A stretch of 64,000 nucleotides of DNA from Camelus ferus (lineage: Eukaryota), in contig NC_045697.1 of assembly GCF_009834535.1 (NCBI RefSeq), positions 1,056,001 to 1,120,000 on the forward strand, given 5' to 3'. Positions 24,500-36,770 of the stretch are shown in pieces. The position numbers were made by a program, and so were the translations under genes. Each line of letters opens with the position of its first letter. Position 1 is the first letter of the stretch. Under the pieces are notes generated by a model. The model did not search any database. It was not told the origin of the DNA and saw only the letters and a list, made by a program, of their open reading frames with translations.

Positions 24500-26100
24500 A
24501 CCTCACGTGCCCACGGATTAGAAAGATGCAGAAACGCGCGTGGAAAGAAGCCTTTTAGAACACAGGGCGCCACCCCGGAGGGCACGAGTCCGCGGAAAAC
24601 CGCGATCCCAGGCCGCGCCGAGCCGGACACAGCGACCGCGCAGCCCCGGGACCGCCAGCCCGCCCTCCGCGCCCCCGCACGGCCCGCCCGCCGCACGGGT
24701 GCCGGGGCCCGCGACTCCGCGCCTCCTCGGGAACGCCGGCGGGGGGAGGGCGAGGGCCGGGGGGCCCGAGCGTGGGGGAGGGGCGGGGGAGGGGAGGGCC
24801 GGGGCCGGGGCCTCGGGGCGCAGGGAGGCGCGGCCCCCAGTGGCAGGCCGGCCCCGCGCCCGCTCCGCCGCCCGCCCGCCCGCCTCACCTCGTCCACCGT
24901 GCGGCGCGGGAGGTGCAGCGTCCCGAGCAGCAGCTTGAGCTTCACGGCCGACGAGAGGCCGTGGAAGCAGAGGCGGATGTTGTCGATGACGGCGGCCGTG
25001 AGCAGGGACGCGATGCTGGGCGGCGCCCACAGCTCGTCCGTGGCCCCCAACTTGTTGTGCAGCCACAGGCCCGTGTCGCTTTCCCGCATGGACGCCATCT
25101 TGGGGGGGGGAAAGCCGGGCGCCGCCGAGCCGGCATCTTATGGAGACACCTACGCGCCTGCGGTGAGGACCTCCAACATGGCGGCGCCGGCCGGGCGCGC
25201 CGCGGTGACGTCACAGGAGGGGGCGGGGCCTCGGAGAGGCGCTTCGCAGGACGCCGAGGAAGGCCCGCCGGCCGCCGTAATGTAAAATGGCGGCGCCCAT
25301 GGCCAGCTCTCGAGGACCACGGAAGATGACGTCATCAGAGGGCTGGGCGCGGCGGCTTGGGGTTCGCGCTTGAAGTCGCCAGTGGAGCGAGATGGTGCTC
25401 GCTCGGTCGACTGTCTCCTGGGTGTGCTTTCCCCTTCAGGCTCGATGCGGATGGGAGCCCGCCAGCGCCGGCTGCCACGGGACGGGCGCCTGGGAGCGGC
25501 CGGACCGCTGCCCGGTGGGGGCAGTGGCCGGGCTCTTGCGCGCCCTCCTCGCGGCGTCCGGGGCTGAGCAGCAGGCAGGGTCCGGTCGGCTTGCGCTCCG
25601 CTGAGTCCCAGAGGCGCAGGCCTTCCCGCCCGCGCCGCCAGGAGCGAGGTGGTCGGAGTCGACAGACAGGGAAATCTTTACCGGAGAGCCGGGTGGGGTC
25701 CAGCCTTCGTCCGCTCCCTCAGCGGTCCAGGCGCCCGGCACTGTTCCAGGTGCTGGGGACACGGCGGGGTCCCCACCCTCGCCCTCGCGGGGTCGGCGGT
25801 CAGAGGGAGTGGGCAGGCGGGCGGCGCGGTGCTCGCGGTGCGGCTCGCGCCGGGCGGGGCACGGAGGTGGGAGTGCAGGCTCGCGGTGCACATCATGCGT
25901 GGAGGCACTCGGGCGAGCCTCGCAAAGCTGGCCAGCCTCTCTGGTCCCCAGTGCCGCTGCTTTTGCCGTTTGCCAGGCCGCTGTCCCAACGGACTGACTG
26001 TGCCTGTAGCTGCTCCGCGTCCTCGGGGTCCGCTGCGGACGGCCTTCCTGCGGCCTGTGCCTGACAGCCGCACCTACCTTTCCCGGGGCCCAAAGCGGAG
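24500..26100. promoter_or_regulatory. CpG island / NELFA promoter
   Basis: Very high CpG density; two full CRE palindromes TGACGTCA (25206-25213, 25327-25334); YY1-type ATGGCGGC motifs (~25173-25186, ~25284-25295); GC box ~25220-25229; no TATA. Confidence 0.9.
24889..25098 (-). CDS. NELFA: NELFA coding exon 1 (210 nt, MASMRESDTG...RRTVDE)
   Basis: Translation matches the NELF-A N-terminus; ATG at 25098 in AAGATGG context; donor GAG|GTGAGG. Confidence 0.98.
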
Positions 26101-27226
26101 GTGAGCCGTCAGGCACCCCTTGGAAGGAAGTGAGCCCTGCTTTAGGGGGTTCTTACCACCCACAGGCTCCAGCCAGCCTCGGGCATAACCAAGGAAGGCA
26201 CAGAAGCTGAGAGCCTCTCTGCCTAGAGGGGGTCCTCCCGCCCTGGCCAACCAACCCCCTTTTCCCCACCAGGCCAGCTTCCTTGCCTGCCTCTAGCAGT
26301 GTCTGTTCTGGTGCCCAGAGTCAGGGCTGGGCCTCTCCTGGGCCAGGACAGCAAGCTTAGAGGTGCCCCTGAGTACGGACTTGTTCATCACGGCATGGCC
26401 AGGGCCCCTGCGGGAGGGGACACTGCAGCTGTTTGAAGAGGCTGCATACAGTGAGCAGGAGGAAGGGTGACTGCACAGGGAGCAAGTCAGAGGCTCAGGA
26501 GGGGCCGCCAGCCCCAGCCTCCTGGTTCCTCACCTCCCTGCCATGTATCCCTTACCTCTGCCCCGCCACGGTCACAGCCTGGACCTCATCATCTCCGGGA
26601 AGAGTCCCTGTGTCTAAAGCTCCTCTTCAGACCTCACCCCCTGCCCATCAGGACCACAGGCTCCATCCTTTCCGCCTCTTTGAGACCACTGAGGGGAGAG
26701 GGTCAGGAAGCACCCACTGCCTCACCCTTCTCTGTGCACCTGGTCCTTGCAGAGGTCAGCCACCCAGACCCTTCAGATCAAGGCCTGCTCTCCTCACTGG
26801 GGCGAGGCCCAGCTCTGGTTTTATTTTACTTGAGTCAGTTTTTCTTCCTTCCACCACCCATCCCTTGGCTCACTTCTCTCCCCCAGCACCCCACCCCCTG
26901 CTATAACGTGCTGAGGATGTGTCCTGATGGGTGCGTCCTTGACAGAGTAGAGTGTTGTTACGAGTATGTGGGTGTCTTCACTGGACAGAGATCTTGCACC
27001 ACATGGTAGCTTTCCATTCCCCTGGGAGGAGACCCTCACATGCTCCTAGTTGCCACCCCCTACAGACATCTACAAAGAGGACCCTCATTCCAGTCCGTCT
27101 AGAACTAGAGGGGTCTGGGTCTGGGAGGTGTGTGCCCCAGAGGAGGGGTGTTGGCCAAAGGGCACCCAGGTAGAGTTACAGAGGGCTGCCAGAAGGTTCT
27201 CTAGGGAACTGCACGAGTTACCGTCC

Positions 27227-27680
27227 CAGGGCTGTGTGCTGGGGCCAAATTACCAGGCTTGCAAGAGCCAGTTGTTCAACTTTCAGGAATTTTATAAGCT
27301 TGTCATTAAATATCGCCATTATGAAAAGTTTAACTTCATTCTACTGTATTTATTTTTCTACGCTTTTTACAAGGTGTTCTGCCACGTTTCAGTGTTGCCC
27401 ATTTCTTTATTTCTGTCTACTATAACTGAATGGGATGGTGGAGATGCTCTGTAACTCGGTACTCCTGCCCTTCTCACCCCCACTCCGCTCTCATTGGCGT
27501 CACACTGGCAGCTTGGGCTCAGCAGAGGTGGGAGTGTTTACGTCATGGACAATGGCCAGTGCTACACGCCAGGGCCCGACTGTTGTCTTGACTGTCTAGA
27601 CTTGTAGAGAAAATGCTAACAATGAAGATTAAGCTTAAAAATATGTTGTGTCTATGGTCATTGCATTGTAAGCAGCTCAC
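27227..27680 (+). mobile_element. MER63-like hAT-Blackjack DNA transposon relic
   Basis: GAGCCAGTTGTTCAACTTTCAGGAATTTT and GGTGGGAGTGTTTAC...TGTCTAGACTT...GATTAAGCTTAAAA blocks match MER63 as recalled. Confidence 0.65.
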
Positions 27681-27886
27681 ACGCACTGTGTGAGCACACA
27701 CTGTAACCTAATTGCTTTCCTCAGTGGGGTGCAGTTCATGTCCAATGAACCCACGTGTATTTAGTTTTTCTCTAATAAGAAGCAAAAGTAGCAAGACTGA
27801 GGCTTTTTTAGCAATTAACATTCCAATGTCTTACTTGGAAGTGGTCTGGATATTCAGTGAATTCCCTTCATTTAAGTTGGCAGTTT

Positions 27887-28517
27887 TGAGACAGGATGGA
27901 AGAGGGCAGGGCAGAGCCATTCAAGGAATGACACCAATTTAACACCAAAATGGTGGAAGATTCAACTCCCAGTTGGCCTGGAGGATTAAGAGGTTTGACT
28001 TCTAGTAGAACTTGAGCTTCATTATGTGCTCATTGTAACAGTGGGATGGAATAACACGCCCGCAGGCACCATGATGGCCCTAAGGATGACCACAGAAGGC
28101 CCATGAATGGGCGGTGGCCCAGTCCCTGGGTATCCCAGCCCCTCCCCCAGGGCAGCTGGATTGATCCCACCTGTAGGCGTGTGAAGCTACTCAGCCCATA
28201 AAAAGTGACACCACCACGCCGAGCGGCCCTTGGCGCTCTGCCTCCCCTTTGGAGACGCCCGCACTCTGTCTATGGAGTGTGTGCCTACTTTGACTCTAAC
28301 CTGAGCACCCGATTCCCGCACCTCTTTTCTGGCCTTTCTCTGGCCTTACACTGTGTGTGTCTCTCTAAACAAATCTACCTTTACTCAACTGTGGCTCGCG
28401 CTTGAATTCTATGCTGCGCGAAGCCCAGGACCCACACTTGGCGGGGCACGTCCCAGGGGCTCAGCTGAGACGTGGGACTTGGCCCTGCTCACGCCCCACA
28501 TCCGTTTTCCTGCATCA
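27887..28517 (+). mobile_element. ERV LTR copy 1 (631 bp, TG...CA)
   Basis: TGAGACAGG...TTTCCTGCATCA; colinear with the copy at 29472-30092. Confidence 0.85.
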
Positions 28518-28519
28518 AG

Positions 28520-29460
28520 ACCTAAGGACTGACACAGCCATCTACCTACATTGGGATGTTTTACTTTCCCTCATTTAGCTTCAGGGGGAAAAGGAAAAAA
28601 AGAATGCTATCAGGCTCTGCATATCAGCTGTGGTCAGTGTGGTCAGACCGGCTGGCCTCCTGTCTTGGCAAACCACTTACTGAAACTTAAGGTTCCTCCC
28701 TGGTCTTAAGAAAGTCTTTAACGATGGCCCTGGGCTCACCTCTGACCTGAAGAGGCTCCTCTACAGCCTCGGCCAGTCCCACTTCTAGAGGTAGCCGCGG
28801 AGTCTTTGCGGTAGAAGGCAGTTCAGGCAGGCTGCAGTACCTGGAGGCGGGGACGGAGGAGCTGTCTTAAAGGGCTGGTTGGCCTCTTAGGAGCTTCCAT
28901 ACAACTACTTTCACTCGCGTTCTACAACAAATCCTTCAGTGAAGATGTTTTGGAACTTTGAAGCCTTTGGGGGCTTCTGCATACCAATTAAGGTAGTTTA
29001 AGTTGTGAGCTCTTTAACAACTTAGAAGTTTTTACAATTCAAAGGCTGCACGGAGCCGGCCCTCCACTTCCTCCTGCTAATCTAATTCTAGAAAAGAGGA
29101 GAACTCTACCACCCTTGTCTCAGTAGACCCTGCAGACAGGGGCCCAGGAGACTGACCGACAGGGTAAGAACCTACCTTCCTCCAGCTTTCTCTACCTGTG
29201 CGTGCAAAAACCCATTTTGGAGGGCCAGGAGAACCCCATCCTGGCCATTTCAGGGCCCAGTTTCCTTTAATGCCCAACTAGGGACGCAAGCATATATAAG
29301 CCAGCTGGTACCCCCATAGGTGGCTGCCTGAACGGGAGCTGTTTGGACTTCGAGGCTCAACTTCCCAATATCAATTTGGTCACCTAATTCAGAGATGAGA
29401 TGATCTGGACAGCTTTCTGAGACAGTGTGGTGGAAGGGATGGACTCTGCTTCTGAGTGTA
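28520..29460 (-). mobile_element. Decayed ERV internal (leader/gag-like) remnant
   Basis: Minus-strand PPMGVPAG...LKWPGWGS resembles a class I ERV gag matrix region; broken by stops and frameshifts. Confidence 0.4.
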
Positions 29461-29471
29461 GCTCCCGAAGG

Positions 29472-30092
29472 TGGGACAGGAGGGACGGGGGCAGGACCCA
29501 GCCATTAAAGGAATGACACAGCAATTAGCACCAAGATGGGGGAAAGTCAACTCCCAGTAGACCTGGAGGCCCAGGATGGCAGGAGATCCAACCCCTAGTG
29601 GACCTTCAGCTTCACTGTACACACTGTAATGTCCTGCCTGGTGAACGACACACCCACAAGCACCAGGACAGTTCCGAGGCTGCTCCTGGAAGGTCAAAGA
29701 GAGGGCCGTGGCCTGATGCCTGGGGCTCCCCGCCCCTTCCCCACAGCAGCTGGAATGATCTTCCCACTTGTCAGCATATACGAACTAGCACCACCACCCC
29801 TCACAGCCTCCCCCCTCCTCGCCTTCCTAGACACCCACGCTCTGTGGGGCATGTCTACCTTTAACCACCCCCAGCCCCCCCACCTCTCACCCCCCGGCCT
29901 CCTGGGACGGCCCACACTCGTGTATAGAGTGCATCTCTCCAAATAAACCTGCCTTCACTCAGCTGCGGCTCGCTCTTTCATTCTCTCCTGCAGCAGCCAA
30001 GGACCCTCACTTGGCGGCAGCTGCGTCCGAGGGACTCAGTTGAGACCTGGGACACAGCCAGCCTCTCGCACCCCATTTACTTTCCTGCATCA
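29472..30092 (+). mobile_element. ERV solo LTR copy 2 (621 bp, TG...CA, 4-bp TSD AAGG)
   Basis: TGGGACAGG...AATAAA(~29942)...TTTCCTGCATCA; AAGG on both flanks, typical of class I ERVs. Confidence 0.88.
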
Positions 30093-30999
30093 AAGGCAGC
30101 TCTTTGGGTTGGCTGACTCTCTCCACGCGTCTGGGTTCCCACCTCCGGCAGGAGCTGCCGTGAGCACTCGGAGCACCGGGTGTCAGGCTAGGCTGTGTGT
30201 CCCAGGAAGAACAGCATTCGCTGAGTGCTGTGGTGGGCTCCCCTGTGGGAACGCTGCACATCCCGAGCAGTGACCCGCAGACATGTCCACCAGGTTCTGT
30301 CACCTAAGAACCCCTTGTGACCAGGAGGAGCAGGTGTCCCCTGTTCTTCGGAGCTGAATGAATTCAGCCTCCCATTTCACTACCGAAGGGTTTGTTCAGA
30401 CCCTGTATTAACTTGTCCTTCTCAGTTAAGCCGCACATAACAAAAACCGGCCACTTGTTTCCCTGGCCTCCTGCCCAGCTCCCTCCACCCCCACTGCCCA
30501 GGTCCCTGCCTAGGAGATGCATGTGTGCCCCTGAAGGCTCCAAGTCAAGTAGAAACAGCTCGAATAAGACGTTGAAGATCAGCACTTAGAAGCAATGAGA
30601 TCGAGTTATCAGAACTCGCCGGAACCCCCAAGGAGCGCTGAGAAGAGGGTACTGAGCCCAGGTCCGGGGTGGCCTCCTGGGTCCTCTGGCGGGGGGGTGT
30701 CTCCGGCATCGTGCCAGCGACGCTGATCGGAGGATCACGACCCATGAGACAGGCTTCCAGGAAGCTCTCAGGACTGTTGGGCTTACTGGAGTTCGAGGCA
30801 CAGTTACACGAGCTTTTGCGACAAAGGGTTGTAGTCTCGCGACAGGCTGCCAGGGTATGCAGTCTGACCATGCACAGAGCGAGGAGGGAGAGCGCGGGGG
30901 ACGTCACCGCCTAAGGACGTCCGGTGACGTCCAGCACACACGCAGGGAGAGTGGGGAGGCCGAATGGGCAGAGGAAGACGGTACATTTAAATCTTCCTT

Positions 31000-32060
31000 G
31001 TTTGCTCATAAAATACGAGTTTTATTTCATCACATTGATTTTCTCTATTATTTTCTCCTTTCAGTTTCTTTCATTTCTGCTCTGATTTTCATCCTTTCTT
31101 TTCTTCGGCTTACTCTGGGTTTCCTAGTTCCCTGTGGCACAAGCCTGGATTATTGGTTATAGAGCTTTCTTATTTTCTTATACATGAAATCAATGCTGTA
31201 AATTTCCCCCTGGGCACTGCTTTTGCTGAATCCCACATTTTGAAAAGTTATCTCTCATTTTCATTTAGTTCAGATTATTTTTAACTTCTCTTGAGATTTC
31301 TCCCTTGATTCACATGTTATTTAGAAGTATGTTTTGTCACCTCCAGGTACTTGGAGATTGTCCAGCTGCATTTGTTACTGATTCCCAGTTAATTCCACTG
31401 TGGTCTGCGAGCAGACACTGTGCTCTCTGTACCTCTTCATGTGTAAGAAGTGTGTTAAAGGAGGAGGGCACAGCTCAGTTGGTAGAGAGCTTGCTTCGCA
31501 TGCAGGAGGTCCTGGGTTCAATCCCCTGTACCTCCATTAAAATAATAAGCAAATAAATAAGAACCTAGTTACCTCCCCCCAAAATTAAAAAAAAGAAATG
31601 TGTTATGGCCCAGAATGTGGTCTGTCTTGGCGTTTGCAGTGAGTTTGGGAAGAATGTGTGTTCCACTTTGTTGGATGCTGCAGTTGGCGGATGTCACTAC
31701 AGCATGGCGATCGATGGTGCTGCTGAATTCATCTGCATCCTCTGCCTGCTGGACCTGCCGCTCCTCGGAGAGGGGCAGTGAAGTCTCCGTCCAGCTGTAA
31801 CAGTGGATCCCTCCTTGTCTCCGCTGTTCTTGCCTTAGAATCTGTTTCATCTAATATTAACACAGCAGTGCCAGTCTTGTTTTTATGAGTATTTACATAG
31901 TATACCTTTTATCACTCTTTACTTTCAACCTTTCTGAATCCTTACCATGTAGTTGTGCCTCTTATAAACTCTCTGTTACCTGGAACAGTTTGTTGATTAT
32001 CATTGACTGAAAATCATTGATATGTTACTTCTCTCCTTTTGTGTCTTCTTTTGGATTGAT
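31000..32060 (-). mobile_element. Old antisense L1M ORF2 fragments
   Basis: T-rich; TAAATTTCCCCCTGGGCACTGCTTTTGCTGAATCCCACA block. Confidence 0.7.
31460..31592 (+). mobile_element. tRNA-derived SINE (Vic-1-like) with TSD
   Basis: A and B boxes; TSD AAGAA(G/A)TGTGTTA at 31445-31457 and 31593-31605. Confidence 0.9.
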
Positions 32061-32115
32061 TATTCCTTGTCATTCACTTCATCACACACATATTATTTTA
32101 AAAGTTATTTACTCT

Positions 32116-32240
32116 GCGGGAGATGGGTAAAGCTCGTGCTTAGCATGCATGATGTCCTGGGTTCAATCCCCAGTACCTCCACTAACAAATAAATAAAGAA
32201 ATAAACCTAATTACTTACCCCTCCCCCCCCAAACAACAAC
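32116..32240 (+). mobile_element. tRNA-derived SINE (Vic-1-like) with a deletion in the A-box region
   Basis: GGTTCAATCCCCAGTACCTCC; TSD AAAAGTTATT(T/C)ACTC at 32100-32114 and 32241-32255. Confidence 0.88.
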
Positions 32241-32295
32241 AAAAGTTATTCACTCCCTTTCTATTTTTTAAGCAGTTTCACTAGAAATCACAATG

Positions 32296-32725
32296 GAACA
32301 ACCTGTCCATTGACAGAGGACTGGATAAAGAAGCTGTGGTATATTTATACAATGGAATACTACTTGGCCATAGAAAAGAATAAAATAATGCCATTTGCAG
32401 CAACATGGATGGACCTGGAGATCATCATTCTAAGTGAAGTAAGCCAGAAAGAGAAAGAAAAATACCATATGATATTACTTTTATGTGGAATCTTAAAAAC
32501 ACTCACAAATGCACTTACTTACAAAACAGAAACAGACTCACAGACATAGAAGACAAACTTATGGTTACCAGGGGGGAAAGGTGGTGGGAAAGGATAAAGT
32601 GGGAATTTGAGATTTGCAGACACCAACTACTATATATAAAATAGATAAGCAACAAGCTTATACTGTACAGCACAGGGAAATATATTCAATTATCTTGTAG
32701 TGACTTATAATGAAAAAGAATATGT
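32296..32725 (+). mobile_element. L1 3'-end fragment
   Basis: DWIKKLWYIYTMEYY...ILSEVSQKEKEKYHM ORF2 C-terminus. Confidence 0.92.
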
Positions 32726-32759
32726 AATACTAATTTCCACTTATGGTCACATGGCCTAC

Positions 32760-34090
32760 CACTTTAAACACCTGAAAAAAACTGGACAAACATGAAACAA
32801 TGCTTTCCAGGCTGGACAAGGGCAGTGCAGACCAGCAACCCTTGAAAGGAGGGAAACGAGGGGAATTCCACGGTCGGTTGATCCCCGGAGAGATTTTCCC
32901 AGGCTGCGGGATGGGGAGGGGGAACCCAAATCCATTCAGGCAGGGTCCCTGATGTGAAGAGACAGAGTTCAGAGCCCAAGGTGACTAGAACTTTTAGGAC
33001 AGACTTGTAAAGAGAAAAGGCAAAGCTCTGGGGTTCTTCAGCGTGTTCCTCTCCAGTTCTTAGCGTGTGCAGAAACTCCCCAAGGCTGGGAAGTTGCCAC
33101 TGGGCCAGAAATAGGTTGTGTCCCCAACCCCCATCCGGCACTGAACAGAATGCTCAGAAAGCCATGGCCTTAGTAGTAGGGTCAAGTTTATCTAGACCAA
33201 GGAGTCTCCTGAGCCCACCTAACAAAACTTAAAAGGAAGAGCCAAAAGGATCAAATTATTTCCAAGTAACTTAACTGCATTCCAGAACAAAGCTCAAAAA
33301 CATAAAAAAAAAAAAAAAAACCCTCAATGATCCAACATTATAGAATTTGCAGTATCTGGCATCCAATAAAAAGTACCATAAACTCAAAGGAGCAAGAAAA
33401 TTCAACTCATAATGAAGTGGGGAGAATCAATCAATCAGAACTGCACCAGAAGTGAGACAGATGATCGAGTTGTAGACAAGGGCATTACAGGTCATCCGAA
33501 TGACCTCAAAGATTCAGGAAGCCAGGAGAAAGACTAAGGGATGTTAAGTAGGGATGGGAAAAGCCCAAACGAAAGCACATGTCCACACAGAGGCTTGTAT
33601 GTGAACATTCAGCACAGCTTTATTTGTAAGAGCCAGATACTGGAAGTGACCCCAGTGTCTACCAACAAGTGAATGTGTAAACAAACTGGTTTTTCTGTGC
33701 AAGAAATTTTAAAAAGACCACTTGTATGATAACCCTTGTCATTAACGTACAAAATGCTTTTAAGTGACTTGGAATTTGAATACTTGTGATCTATACCTGC
33801 TTTGCTTAATATACGTGGGCAAAGCAAAATCTGCTGTAATAAGTAACGAAACACTACTTACCAATAAAAAGGAACGCGCCCAGCAACACAGACAAATCTC
33901 AAAGGAATTTCACTAACTCAAAGAAGACAGACAAAATACAATATATCGCATGAGTCCACTTATGTAAGGCTGTAGAAAATCAACCAGCAACAGAAAGGAG
34001 ACTGGTGCTTGTCTTGGGGGCAGGTGCCCACGAGGGGCCGGAGGGAGAGGTTGCCAAGACACGTGGGGAGCTTCGGGTGCTGGTGGTACT
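32760..34090 (+). mobile_element. Old L1M fragments (5' region and 3' end)
   Basis: TCTGGCATCCAATAAAAAGTACC; CACAGCTTTATTTGTAAGAGCCAGATACTGGAA. Confidence 0.55.
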
Positions 34091-34099
34091 GCACGTGTA

Positions 34100-34550
34100 T
34101 GTGGACCTTAAAGAGAAAAACATTCAGTTACTTTTACCAACAAAAGTGGATTTATTTGGAAATAGCAGAAAATTACAATTTGGGACAAGCAAGCTATAGC
34201 AAAAGTCACAGGCAAGTCCCACCAACAAAGGAGAAAACCCTTATTTTATAGAGAAAAGAGAGGAAGTAGGGAGGGGTTGTTTTGAGGGAACACAAGTCCA
34301 CTGGAGAAAAGTGAGAGTTCAGGGTGGTTTGGTTTCCCACTGGCTGAGTTGCTGGGGCAGCTGGTTTCTTTTGGAGACACAGGGTACATCCTGTTGGGAC
34401 CCGTAAGTGATCTTTCCTGTGATGATGCATCTGTTGGGGACTGTAACTGATGATTCTTCTGTCATTGACTGTGAGTGGTGCTGCCTGAGAGCTCCCTCTT
34501 CTGGCCTCCTGACTCTACTTTAGTGAGGTCTCCCTTTGTTAAGTTTCACA
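34100..34550 (-). mobile_element. Probable ERV solo LTR
   Basis: TGTG...CACA termini; minus-strand TATAAAA (~34245-34251) and AATAAA (~34152-34157); imperfect TGTA/TGTG TSD. Confidence 0.65.
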
Positions 34551-34634
34551 TGTGGAAATATATCAACATCGATCAAATTGTTTACTGCGTGTCAGTCATA
34601 CCTGAATGAACGTGTAAAAAGATGACACAACAAA

Positions 34635-35681
34635 CCATAAGTAAAACAAAACGACAACCTACGGAACGGGAGAAAACTTTTGCAAATGAAACCGACAAAG
34701 GCTTCATCTCCAGAATATATAAGCAGCTCATACGACTTACTAAGAAAAAACCAAACAACCCAATCCAAAAATGGGCAAAAGACCTAAACAAGCAATTCCC
34801 CAAGGAAGACATACAAATGATCAATAGGCACATGAAAAAATGCTCAATATCAGTAATTATCAGAGAAATGCAAATCAAAACTACAATGAGGTATCACCTC
34901 ACACCGGTCAGAATGGCCATCATTCAAAAGTCCACAAATGATAAATGCTGGAGAGGCTGTGGAGAAAAGGGAACCTCCTACACTGCTGGTGGGAATGCAG
35001 TTTGGTGCAGCCACTGTGGAAAACAGTATGGAGATTCCTCAAAAGACTAGGAATAGACTTACCATATGACCCAGGAATCCCACTCCTCAGCATATATCCA
35101 GAAGAAACCCTATTTCAAAATGACACCTGCACCCCAATGTTCACAGAAGCACTATTTACAATAGCCAAGACATGGAGACAACCTAAATGTCCATCAACAG
35201 ATGTGTGGATAAAGAAGATGTGGTATATTTATACAATGGGATACCATTCAGCCATAAAACCCAACAATATGACACCATTTGCAGCAACATGGATGCTCCT
35301 GGAGAATGTCATTCTAAGTGAAGTAAGCCAGAAAGAGAAAGAAAAATACCATATGAGATCGCTCATATGTGGAATCTAAAAAAAAAAAAAAAAAAAAAAA
35401 ACCCAAACAGAAACAGACTCATAGACATAGAATACAAACGTGTGGTTGCCAAGGGGGCGGGGGGTGGTAAGGGACAGACTGGGATTTCAAAATGTAGAAC
35501 AGATAAACAAGATCATACTGTACAGCACAGGGAAATGTAGACAAGATCTTGTGGTGGCTCACAGCGGAAAAAAATGTGACAGTGAATGTATGTATGTTCA
35601 TGTATAACTGAGAAATTGTGCTCCACACTGGAAATTGACACAACATTGTAAACTGACTATAACTCAATAAAAAATTGTTAA
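34635..35681 (+). mobile_element. Young 5'-truncated L1 (~1.05 kb)
   Basis: ORF2 C-terminus open apart from one frameshift near 34975; stop at 35377-35379; 19-bp TSD AAAAAG(A/G)TGACACAACAAA at 34616-34634 and 35682-35700. Confidence 0.95.
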
Positions 35682-36181
35682 AAAAAGGTGACACAACAAA
35701 TTCAGTAATACCTTCACGCTCCGACCAGAAATACAGATCCTTTGGGTATCTCACCCGGCGCGCTGTAGCTCCATCGGCTGCTTCTGGACTTGTGGGCTGC
35801 CACACACTTGACTCTCTTGGCAGTCGTTTAGTGGATTCGTGACTGCTTTACATTCACTCCCAGCTTTTCCTCTTATGTGGCCCTCACTTAGTTACAGACC
35901 TTCCACCCGGGAGCTCTTCATCTCAGCCGGAACTACATCCTCTAGACTCTCCTTTCTAAGGACCTTCTGTCTCTGTCTGAACATGTGTTTATTTTGTCCG
36001 ATGCTTTGTTTAAAAATATAAATCACTTTATTTTTAGTAAACACATAGAGAAACGTGCACAAATCACAAATGTACAGTGGAACTTCCACAAAGTAAGCAC
36101 CCTGTGTCTCCAAAATCTGAATCAAGAGCTAGCCACACCCTGGATTCACCCCTGCACGCACCTTCCAATAGTATCCTTTGA

Positions 36182-36325
36182 GGGGGAAGGGTATGGCTCA
36201 GTAGGAGAGTGTGTACTTAGCATGCATGAGGTCCTGGATTCAATTCCCAGCACCCATTTAAAATAAACAAACCTAATTACCTCCTCTCAAAACAAACAAA
36301 CAAAATTAAAAATAAAAAAATTAAA
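36182..36325 (+). mobile_element. tRNA-derived SINE (Vic-1-like)
   Basis: GGGGAAGGGTATGGCTCAGTAGGAGAG...CTTAGCATGCATGAGGTCCTGGATTCAATTCCCAG plus A-rich tail. Confidence 0.88.
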
Positions 36326-36770
36326 AGGTGGAAGCATCCCCAGTGTTCACTGGTGGATGAATGAATGGAAACAACATGTGGTCTATACACACGATGGAAT
36401 ATGACTCAGCCTTAAAAAGGAAGGACATTCGGACACCTGCTACAACGTGGATGAACCCTGACATTCTGCACAGTGAAACAAGCCAGTCACAAAAGGACAA
36501 ATACTGTGCATTTCCACATATATGAAATCCCTAGAGGAGCCAAATCCATAGAGACAGAAAGTAGGATGGTGGGTACCAGGGTCTGGGGGAGGGAGGCGTT
36601 AGTGTTTAATGGGGATGGAGTTTCAGTTTGGGAAGATGGAGAAGCTCTGTGCATGGGTGGTGGTGACGGCTGCACAGCAGTGCGAATGCACTTAATGCCA
36701 CTGAGCTGCACACTTGAAAACAGTTAGGATGGTAAATTTTGTGTTATGTTTTACCACAATTTAAAAAAGG
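36326..36770 (+). mobile_element. L1MB-type 3' end
   Basis: GACTCAGCCTTAAAAAGGAAGGACATT...GGAGTTTCAGTTTGGGAAGATG...TTTTACCACAATTTAAAAAA. Confidence 0.85.

Noticed and set aside
31460..31535. tRNA-like sequence with A and B boxes (also 11696, 22811, 32116, 36182)
   Set aside because: A-rich tails, a shared non-tRNA 3' part and TSDs on several copies identify them as SINEs, not tRNA genes
34622..35379. Two overlapping ORFs suggesting a programmed frameshift gene
   Set aside because: L1 ORF2 C-terminus with a single indel in a 5'-truncated, promoterless copy
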